Assembly: GCA_903813345.2 (NCBI GenBank)
Contig: CAIIXF020000001.1
Coordinates: 17,298,001-17,362,000 of the forward strand
Length of the DNA stretch: 64,000 nt
Source of the DNA: Owenia fusiformis
Lineage: Eukaryota
Direction: 5' to 3'
The notes beneath the pieces are model-generated. The model saw only the letters and a list, made by a program, of their open reading frames with translations, was not told where the DNA came from and ran no database searches. The position numbers were made by a program, and so were the translations under genes. Below are positions 11,901-23,900 of the stretch, piece by piece. Position 1 is the first letter of the stretch. Each line of letters begins with the position of its first letter.

Positions 11901-14900
11901 TATTATGTGGACATGGTTTTGGTTGTGCTGAATTTGTTTCAAAATAACATTTCTTGTATACCTTCGATAAGTGAGATAAGCATTTGAAATTAAATACAGA
12001 TAGTACACTTGACATTTAATGCAGTAAACAGTAATACAATTCATTCTTACATAATAAGTGAGTCCAGACAAAAAGTTATTATTGTGTTAGTTTAACTGGG
12101 CATAAATTACACTCATTGGCCTTGGTTTTCTTAATTGGCTTGGATAAAATGTTGTTCTGTTTATTCAGAAAAGGAGTATAGTTCAATATACAAGTTCACA
12201 TTCGTTCCATCCTCTTTTAGCTTCAGAGGATAGGAGGTACATGAACATGCTAAGTTTACCTAGAACACAAGCCTTACCACAAATATAAAGTATATAAGAA
12301 TAGAGTTGATATGTGTGAAAACCTTAAACTTCCCATTTTATTGGGGATGGAACTTGTGGACCATGTGTATTTCTAACTTCTTCACATGTGCATGGATCCA
12401 AAATTGTGGCAGCCATCTTGGATTTGTCATATTATGTGGACATGGTTTTGGTTGTGCTGAATTTGTTTCAAAATAACATTTCTTGTATACCTTCGATAAG
12501 TGAGATAAGCATTTGAAATTAAATACAGATAGTATACTTGACATTTAATGCAGTAAACAGTAATACAATTCATTCTTACATAATAAGTGAGTCCAGACAA
12601 AAAGTTATTATTGTGTTAGTTTAACTGGGCATAAATTACACTCATTGGCCTTGGTTTTCTTAATTGGCTTGGATAAAATGTTGTTCTGTTTATTCAGAAA
12701 AGGAGTATAGTTCAATATACAAGTTCACATTCGTTCCATCCTCTTGTAGAAATGAATCTCATTTTATTTCATCTCAAATATAGAACACAAAAATATATTT
12801 CTATTAATTGCAAAAGTTAGCTTCTATGTTATGACTGAGTTTGGGTTCCGCTTCTAGGGAAAAAATATTCATCTGGAAATATCGTATTGACCATTGCTAT
12901 ACACTCCATATTTAATCCTCCCAGTAAATAACATTGATATACAGTATACAAGTATATATGACATCGAGGATCTGGGTTATGTGAGACATGAGGCCACTTG
13001 TCTTTTTGAATCTCATATTCAATATTCTTTCTTAAACCCTCATATTTAATATTTTTGGAGTGGTAATTCAATTATGTACCTATTTTTTATTCTTTATCCC
13101 ATAGTTGAACTCTGTTCCGCTCTGTTAGGTAACATGAAAACATATTTATGATATTTTGCAAATGCGTGGAAAAAGTGATATCTGTGGAATACGGAAAATA
13201 TTTCACAGATATCACCTTTTGGCAGGGATTTGAAAACTGACCACCAATATGATGTGTTTTGTTACATAGTGATTTCATGACATCACGGGGATGAATGAAT
13301 GAATGGATGTTGTTTTGATATGCTTTGTTTAGTTTTAGAGGTGAACTATGGGAAAAATAAAACATCCTATGAATTTTCGTGATATTGTGTTAATCTAACT
13401 CATTGATATCAATATCTGCGCTAATTCGCTATGCTAACTTGGCAAGATATTGATATCGACTCGGAGATAAAGATAAAATCATTTAAAATCATATGATATC
13501 CTATACATATCCTTTACTGTGCCACAACTTTCTCATATGTTATATATTTTGGCACAGGCCATCATTTATTTTCCGTGAATTCATGCTTTTGTTCCTCTTT
13601 TAGAAATGAGAGGAAATCTTTGAGTTTCCTTGTATTTAAGTTGCTTAAATGTCGCCCTGTGATGTTGATAAAAGTCAATAGTAATCCATTACAGTCACAG
13701 TTGAAATGTACCCATTGCTAGCCCAGAAACTACCAAAATAGCATTTGCATTTTGTCAATATTGCCCTATGTGCTTTTCCATGAAAATAATTTTAATCGTA
13801 TCTTTTCTTCAGTATATCATATATTACATTTTAATATATTTAAATTGGTTGATATTTATGTACTATTTACTTAGACAACAATAAATAAAGATTTTTTTGT
13901 AAAAACACCAAAAATGGTATATGATCTTTAAATGACTGTTGTGTGAACATCAAAGGTCAAACTTCGCTGAAATTGTATTTTTATAAAGCACAAATGATTT
14001 TTCTTCAATATGATATGCATTATTATCAGATATCTTTGGGGGCTAAAAAGGGCCCTTAATGACACCCGTCCTTTAACAAAGTACAATAGGCAAATAAGTT
14101 CCCAGTTGACATTCTTTGCTTCCCATGTGTGACATTCTCAGAAATATAAGCTCATACCGGTCACTGATGGCCATCTCCAGATATTTGCAGCTTAGCATGA
14201 ATTTGGACCTTTTAAAGGTAGTAGAATGGAAAGAAATGATTTGTGAGTCAACGACGACGTTGCAAAAGTTTCTTTTTGCATAACATACAACAGTTCTGAT
14301 TTTCCCAAAGGAGTATGAACATATTTGACTAAAGCCAAAAACTTTATTCAGATATGTTTATGATACTGGACTCATTTGAAAAAATCATAAAATTAAAGTA
14401 GAACTTTCTTTGAATGAAAATCCTATAAAAAAACTCCAAATTACCTATTAGTATGTTGCTTTCATCTTCAATATTTCCATTCACCCTCGTAGCATTGCTA
14501 ATGCCAAATCACACACGTGTCATTGTGGAGACAATCGTGAAACCACTTCAATTTTCACATTCCAACACACTCAGCAAACAATATTCTGGACTGAACTTGA
14601 AATAAATCCATCTCTCAAAACCCAAAACACTGAGAGCAAAAACTACCTTATAGAGCCTCGGACATGAATATTCCAAAGAAAATTATTTTTGAAAAACTGT
14701 AAATATTGTTGTTATGGATTGAACATTGAATCGTTATAACTACCTAGTATTTTGTGAGTTATGAAAACATATCTTTAGAACCAATCAACACATTTTTTAC
14801 ATGTACTATAAGAAATGTAATATATTAATAAGACATGGTATCATATCAAATTATTCATTTATAAAATAATATTAACATTACTTTTAAAAATTTTCAAAGT

Positions 14901-17900
14901 GATATATTTTGATATCCGCATTTATTGGAAAATTAACATACGAATTCCTTCATATAACTAAATAAGGTGTAATACTGTCTAAAGAAATAAAGCAACGGAT
15001 TTAAATTGGATTCCTTTCATTTTTTATTTACATGTAGCCTTCATTGAATTTACAAGCCAAAGTAGTTTGAAACTCATAAGTTGCGGTGTGACCCTTTGAA
15101 TTGAAACAATTGAAACAAGTATTGAAAAAGTGAACACTCGTGTATACGTACTTCTCTCTGATTTTCTATATTAAACTGCACTCTGATTTAAGAGTTTGAA
15201 ACACTTACTATAATGTTATGTGTCAATATGGTAATACAAATCATCAATGACATATGGCATCTCGAGTTGACAGTGTTTCGGGGAATAAACTTTGCTAGAA
15301 TTATTAAAAGTGCAACAGGTATTCACCTCAATAGTATAGATATTTGTATAGTATTCCTAGCAAATATTTCAGACCTTGACTTTTGACACCAAATCTGTAA
15401 GCTCAATGCATGGCGCCTCGTTACAAACTATGTAGTTTCACATAACTATTTTGTGCCCTTTATTGAATATCTAAATATTACGTTAAAAGCTAGCAGTCTT
15501 TACACAATAGACTATATCACGGGATACTAGAGTATCCGCGTATATTGAGTATGACCGGTTCTTAGGCTACGAATATGACCTGTTTTGGAAAGTCATGAGA
15601 GGCACAGCTGCTTAAAAATGAAAAATAAAGGTTAACTTCTATATTATCCTTTTTGAAATTGTGTTTGTTGAATATAGTTTATGCTGTATTTAATAGTAAT
15701 GTAACAATAAAATGTTAAACATGAGCTATTTTAGCAATGTAACTGTTCATAATGGAATATCAATCAGAAAGTACAGATTTCTCGCCTTAGAGCCAAATCA
15801 TTAATATCACAGTAGAAAAAAACAAATCCCAAACCTTTTTATGGCTAACCTGAACAAGATCTCCAAATCTCAGTTTATATGATCCCCCGTAGAGTGAGCA
15901 AGAGAAGGATTTATCTTTTCCCAGAGGATACGCTTGTGAAATGTCATGGAAACGAGTGTAACACGGCCCACTGATTGATGTGATCGGAATGTTACCGGTG
16001 TAGAATACGAGTGTATGTATTGAGAGCACCTAAACTCTCCATTATGGTACCCCATTCTGATACTCAAACCATCTCTGCTATGCACAAGAATATGCTCTAG
16101 AAGGACACTGAGAGAAGGCTGTGATATCTCACGATGATGGTACCCTCGAACGTGATCGTTCAAGGTGTCCTTGCTTTTATAAATCTTGCCACACTGATCG
16201 CATTCAAAAACATCATAAACAGAGGTGTGCTTTCTGGACATATGCCTTGTAAGACTATTTTTGTGTGTGGTGTTAAATTCACACAACGCGCACAACAGTA
16301 TCTTGCGTTTTGTGGCATTGGGATCGCTAGTACCAATCAGCTGTTGAACACCTTTATAATATGTTTATATTTTCAAATACATGATAAACTTTTCTTTCCA
16401 TACATTGTAATGTATTGGTATAAAACCTGTCTTAATATATTACTGAAATTCGATAAAAATGTTCTAAAAGCATATTTTGCCATTACTTTCGCCAACATTC
16501 TGAAATCGGGTCAACTGATTTAACCACAAATCTACAAAAGGTCTGAAATGGGACAACATAATTATAATCAAACAAGGCTATTGTTTTCGGTCTACGTTTA
16601 ACTGAATTCTTTTGGAAAAAATAGGCTCTTGACACTATAAGTCATCTACTCTTATTTAGTTCTTCCCACTTTATATTGGAGACCTACTGCAAGCGTCTGA
16701 AGAGCCTCAACATTCTGGTATTTCGAATTACCTTTTGCATCTGTCACCGCTAAAAGTCGTATCCAAACACCGGTTAAATGCCGATCCAAGACATTTCACA
16801 ACCGTATTCTCCAATAATGGGGCACCAGTGACATTCGTATTCTCAAAAATTCAAAGATGTATCATATTTGGACAGAGCAGGCTAAATTATTTAAAATATT
16901 CATGACTAATTCGTAGATCTAGCTATATATTATACATAAGATGTGTCATCCTCTTCGGAGTTGCGTTGTGTTACACAAAAACTGATCAAAGATGCTGGAA
17001 ACTAGGATTTTACGGCTTCAATCTAATGTTAATACGTTTTCTCTTGATTAAGGCCCCTTGTGATATGCCTGGCATTATAAGTATACCAAGTATCATTCAT
17101 TGACCAAGTAGGATAAAAAGAAAACGTTCGAAAGTGTTCATAAAAAGCAAGTACTCACCTCGTATGTTTATAGGAACAGAAATACGGTCACACTCGTAAG
17201 CTTAGAACCGGTCATACTCAATATACGCGGATACTCTAGTTACCCGTGCTATATCATGAAAGGTGATCGATCGAATCAAATATTTTAAGTTGGAAGGGGA
17301 TAAGAAAAGACATAAAGGATAGAGAGTGTAAATTATCGAAAGCAATATATTTTAAATGTCATGCCTAATCCCTCACAATACTTAATATTTTATTAAATGA
17401 CAAAAACTGATATACCAGATCAAATGTGTAGCATGATAAACAGTGAGAAAGCGGCCATATCTGAAACTAATCGAGGAAAAATAGCGGTGAAAAAATGCGC
17501 CCTGATTTCATTGAATACGTTTTCAATTTAAGCGAGTTCACCACCACCACCCCAAAATTCTCAAGGGATTAGCATAAACATGTCATATAGTTTGAGATTA
17601 TGACACGATGTCTTCGTTTCAGCATAAAATATATCATATATCTTGTGACTCTAGCTTGTTTAATCTGATCATGGAATTCTACGAGTACATCCACATATAA
17701 AAATTATACTTGTAGTATAAGAATATGACTTGCGTCATATGGAAGAAAATATAATAAATAATATTTTACTTTGTCTAATCTAAGCCTACTTACTCCCTCC
17801 AAGTTTTGGTGTAAACGGATTTATCTTTTACTGCATAGATCAAAAGTACATGTACATGTACCTGGTATGTCACATTTTATTCACATTTGCAGCAACGATT

Positions 17901-20900
17901 TGTACTTGTTTTTCCCTGTAAGAATTTCGACATTCATTATGAGAGAAAAATATTTTCTTTTGTTATTTTGCACATGGGAGAGTGTATCGAATACTACAGT
18001 TGAAAGGTTTTGGGCCCTATATTCTAGTAAGCCGTTTTAGAAGTTTTCGAACGGTCATGCCTATTCAGAGAAAACCGCTCATAGGATTGTCTTCACATTG
18101 GCACTTCTGTTAGGGAGAGACATATTGGATGGCTTCTTGGTGGAACGATGTCGTTTCCATCATGTACTTTTACATATACAGTACATATATAGATCATCGG
18201 AATATTTTCCATTTACCTGGTAAATTGTTCCTAACTGGTCTCCACATTCTTTGTTATTTTAGCCTAACCTACTCCATATCAGTGTGGTGTGATGAAAAAT
18301 CCTACGGTGGTGACTGTTCAGTGCAATGTACAGAAGAAAATCATTGCGAAGGACACTATTCGTGCGATCCACAGACAGGAAGCAAAGTCTGCATGGACGG
18401 TTGGATGGGAGAGAATTGCAAAGATCCATCGAACGTCACTGAACCTTGTACTTCCTGTAAGAATACATAACATTATAACCACTTGTTTGTAATAAGTTAA
18501 AAATGCAAGGAAACAGATTAAAATGATATTATTATATTCATTGAAATACGTTTTACTTTCCCCGACATTTTGCAATGATTTACCAATGAGAAAATGATGA
18601 TTTATTGAAAGATAACCAAATACAAAACTTGAATATTATAATTACATTATATTTCAGCCTCATGTGATAATGGAGGGACGTGTTTTCCAAAGGACGGTTC
18701 ATTCTCTTGTTGTTGCATACCAGGTAAAACTTAAAGACATCATACACTTTTGAGAGAATTGACTTTCAACTGGATCTACTTTCAAACCTTTATACGTTGA
18801 ATTCATGAGGCTTTTATACTTTAATTTAGGCTTTTATTAGAATAGAGTAGTAAGCTTTAGTAGGACATATATAAGTGTATATGAATGATATATCACTGTA
18901 TCTAGGACAATCTGTATGTACATTGTGTCACTATTAGCTAGTGGAACAAATGCACAATGTTGAAAGCGATCTTTTAATACGATGTATCCATTTTAACCAT
19001 ACGCTTTACACAATTTTATTATCTAAATACTTTTGAAGTGTCTGAGTAAAATTGAAACTCTCCAAATATTACCCCCAACTCATTTCTATATCTGCATGGT
19101 TAATATGTACATTATCTGTCCTTATGAGGGCATTTATGAATAGATAAATGTCATCTTCACCTTTTGATACAATTCAAGAATAAGTTCCATGTGACACTAA
19201 TGAAAACATCCGAACTCTAAAATATATTTTGTATATTTTAACATCTAACGAATTGTATTTGTTTTGTTTTATATTATAAGTGTCAAAAATGTCCGGTCCT
19301 AAACAAATTTCCTGTAATTACAATGTATAGCCAACGATTAAACTACCCCCTTCTAACATATGGTAAGTTAAAAGTTCATGCAATAAATTATTCTTTTTTT
19401 GAAGTTTATGATGCGTACTATACGACACATTTAATATCTATTTTTTGTCAGTGAAAAATCTAACATGCGTAAACATTAACCAACTGAACTTAAACTCATT
19501 GTACAGTAAGATGTACACGGAGGATCAATGACTGACTGCTTTCATAAAAATGTGAGGTGTTGACTTTTAGTATAGTTTCATTTGATATGATAAATGTTAA
19601 TGAATGGTGCTTTAAATAACTGTATTTCGGTTGTTGGTTGTACACTTACATACAACGCATAAGTCATGTGTACTCATCTCAATAAATTCATGTATGCAAC
19701 TTTAACTTCGACGCGTTTGGCAAGTCACATAAGGGCAAGGGGCTTGGGGAGAGGTAGAGGTTATGATTATACACAGTATATTTTTTCCTGGCCTACGCTA
19801 CTGAATTATATCTCTGTTTTTTTTTGCAATCGTTGCAAAGTTAAACTTACAATTAATATACCCTATATTATATGTATGTGCTTATGTGTATATGTACTTC
19901 GCTATAATATGTGGTACTGATATTTATGTGCATGTCGTCTTCTTCAGGGTTTGAAGGTCAAATATGCAGTATTGATATTGATGAGTGTGCCGCGAATCCC
20001 TGTGACAATGATGGCACTTGTATACAAAAATTAGGAGGAGGTTTTACCTGTCAGTGTAAATATGGGTAAGCTATAGAAACCCATATTAGTCTAAAAGCAG
20101 TGAATCTGATCTGGATACGTTATTTCAATGATATTCACCAAGAGCCAATATTGAGGAGGTATAGAAGGCAACATCTGCAAAACAAAAAAAATATAAACGA
20201 GTTTCAATCTTGCTTACGTATACTTATAAAATATACTCATAAAATTAAATAAACTTTAGCGAACAAAGTACAATTATACCGTTAATTATAAGATTATTTT
20301 AAGAAATGTCAATTCATAACTTCTCGATCAAAGTCTAAATTGATTTACTGGAAGTGCAAGTTGTAAACTCAAAAATATAACTTGGTGCAAAAACGGTCTT
20401 TCCCAAAACCACATCGTGAATTCATATTCTCTTTATTCATTAAATGCTCCAGTTATGAGGGAGACTTTTGTCAGAAGAGGGTGTGTGTCAGCAACTTCTA
20501 TGGTGAAGACTGTAATACATATTGTGTGGCACAAGACACCTGCTCTGGCCATTATTTATGTAGCGACACCGGAGAGAAAATCTGCATGGACACTTGGAGC
20601 GGCGAAGACTGTAACATGAACGATGACTCAAAAGTAATTTGTGGAGGAGGTAAGGATTTAGGTCATTGCATGATTATTCCTCTGACACAACAACAATTTT
20701 ATTTTGAAAATTATAACATTTTATCTAAGGAATCAAAGTGCCATGGAACGATAAATCTACATTGCAAGCATTCAATTTATGATGGGAATTGACGTCTAAA
20801 ATGGTAAAGTGTTTTATATTTTTACATGTCTTACTACAATGTACTTGATGTTTGATTTCAACATAGGTGTAGGCACGCTGTGTTTCAATGATGGTGTCTG

Positions 20901-23900
20901 CGACAATGACGGTGATTGTTGTTGTCGTAATGGTTATACGGATCCGAACTGTGGAACTATATTGAATACATGTGATGGTGTAAATTGCTCCAATGGAGGA
21001 CTGTGTCAGCAACTCGTGGGCTATTATATCTGCAATTGTGCGGACGGTAAACACTTTTTAATATTATTGTCTTAGCATCGATTGGAAATGTTTCCTTTAC
21101 TTAAACTTTGTTGGTTGATTTGTCATGCGAATACATTAGATTCATATTTTAATTCTGTTACCAATTATACAGTCGCAAGATTTAAGACATTTGTTACGTT
21201 ATATTATTAGCGCTCCATTATTAGCTAGAGATTCAACATTAATGTATTAACATTTCCTTAGGATTCACTGGCAGAAACTGTGAAGTTGAGATTCAACACT
21301 GCTCCATGAACCCCTGCAAAAATGGGGCCATTTGCCAAGAGGTACATTCTAGTTCTATATCAAACCAAGCATATCATCACATAAACAAGTTATGAATATC
21401 TCATGCGTGTCTGTGTGTGTGGGAATATATAAGCGCAAATGCCAAAGGGATAGAAATGTCAGCTGTGCTTCCTCTGGTGTGTTCGAGCGTTAACATTAGC
21501 TGCCTCTAGTGTCAGATCGACTGACAAAACAACCTTTTTTGGGGTTGTCGAGTTGGCCGAGAGGGCTTTCAGATCGACTGACAAAACAACCTTTTTTGGG
21601 GTTGTCGAGTTGGCCGAGAGGGCTTGAGCGCCGGCACGTTCAAGCTGGGCGATTGGGCGCCGTAACCACGAGGTTGCGAGTTCGAGACGCGTGTGTTCCT
21701 TGTGTTTATTAATTCAATTGATCCCAAAAAGTATTTCAATGAACAGGGACGTATTAGTCTGGACTTCATTATTAAAGAATGATAGTAGATTTGCTTCAAG
21801 ACTTTGGACTCCCCTTGACCAACACAACAGTAGTAGGGGCTTTGGGTCACGAGGGCTACACTAGACAGGACTAGACTAGAAAATGATATATTATATTGAA
21901 TAGTTAATTGTATTTGTGTATAACTTTTTGTTGTCTTAAATCCCAGTCCTCTACTGACGACTTTAACTGTACCTGCACTGATGGGTTTGAAGGAAGGCTT
22001 TGCGAATTGAACATTAATGAATGTAAGACGAATGACGTGTCCCCGTGTAAGAATGGAGGATCATGTGAAGATACATTTGGGTCTTACAAATGCACCTGCC
22101 CAGATAGTAAGTATTTCCGAGTTTAATGTGAGAATTCGGGGTGTACTGTTTCCATTAGATATACGCTCGTATATTATATTCGATTGTGCAAACAATTTAA
22201 TGTACTATGCACATATAAGTAAAATGTAGTTAATGTATTTTCTTGAATTTCAGAATATATTGGGAAGGACTGTGAGCGCCTTGTAAGTACATTTTCCGCT
22301 ATTTATCATTGGAATTATGTAGTACTAGTATGTAGTATAGAGAAACATGCAATTCTTTGTTGAATTGTTTCGGCATTTAAATTGTCAACGACTCTAAAGA
22401 TCATTGGAGTTGGATTAGGGGAAGGGATGGTGTATTCAAATCATGATATCTTACAATTGTGTGTATATATTTAAAGATCATCCAAAGACCCAACCCACTC
22501 TCTTCAACTTCAACTCTTTACACATCACCATTTATTTCATTAACAGCAATGTCAGAGTAACTTCTATGGACCGGAATGTACGGTAGAGTGTACATCCCAC
22601 GATGACTGCGCTGGGCACTACACGTGTCACAATGAAACAGGTAGAGCTACGCATTACATTTAAGTGTTATATTTTTTGAAGTAATATCTCTAAAAATCAT
22701 CCAGATGTTTCCCCGTATAATCTAATTTTATCAAAGATAAGGTTTTAGATGTAGAAATGCCTTAATAATACATTAAACTTAAAAAGGAGAGAAAGGATTA
22801 TGCTATCTGTTTAAGAACTAGTGATAACAACGTTCTAAAACTGATATGCTGTATTGCAACTTAGGTTCGAAAGTTTGTTTAACTGGTTGGAAGGGATTTG
22901 ATTGCACCGAGCCAGATGATATGGCAGTGACTTGTGAGGGTAAGATACTGTATGGTGATTTTACCACATAATCAATTTCATGAAATTTGTTATAGTCTTA
23001 TTTTCTAATTTTTTAACTGATATTAGTTTAGTTACACATTAAACCTTGGTTGCATTTCTAGAATATACCAACCATAACATATGTCTCGCTGTATGTAATT
23101 AAATGACGTTCGTTGGGTTGTGTTGTAGGAATCCATGGTTTGTGGAAAGGAATGCTTGAAATTAGCTCTGAAGAGTATACCTTCGCCATGGATGTTGTTG
23201 AGCGATCATCAGACCTGGAAGGGAAGGTATGGATAGGCAATCAATCTGCCCACGAAGTTACTGGCACAATATCGAACGTCCCAGGACAGAACTCCTCGTT
23301 TGCATTGATAGCAGGACCATGGCTAGGCGAACCTGGTGAAATATTGGTTTCATTCCTAGGCCTTATACACGAAAATCGTATATACGGAGAATTTATTGCA
23401 CTTGGATCTGGAATTCAACCGTTTCAAGCTTTTAAAGAAGGTTTGTAACAAGTCCACGATAAGTGGTACGACATACACTATTTTATATTACATAGTAGAT
23501 GCAGTACCCAGCATTTCCTATGCCTAAAATGAAACACTCGTCTGGGAGTTCTCGTAAAATTGGAGGGTTCTTCAATAAAATGATTATACTAGAATTTCAT
23601 CTTGTTCTCAAGGTAAACGACAATTGAACGTTTCATTACCTTACTTTACCTAATACATGTTTTGTAGGGAACTGTGATAGTTCTCAGCTGTGTGTAAGAA
23701 ATACCTCTGGTGGATCGTATTGCTGTAGTCAAATTGAAAGCACATCGACCCTTACACCAGTTCCTATGTCTTCCACTCGAGTTAGGGTAGAGCCGAGTGA
23801 TCTGTTTAGTTCCTATTCAAAATCAATGGACAGTCTCATATCCATCATGGAGACTCAATCCATGGAAATATCCAGTTCCAGCATGGAAGCTATTGATATA

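Noticed and set aside
11809-12544. Duplicated 68-aa minus-strand ORFs
   Set aside because: By-product of the 529-bp tandem duplication; no recognisable domain.
12829-13071. Minus-strand ORF (SKN...[11 protein letters not shown]) faintly like a Crypton/DUF3504 tyrosine recombinase segment
   Set aside because: Resemblance is short and judged by eye, with no catalytic motifs found nearby; it needs an HMM search.
5907-22939. Assigning a gene symbol such as Delta or Jagged/Serrate
   Set aside because: Three divergent DSLs and the long C-terminal array do not fit orthology to canonical ligands without a phylogeny.
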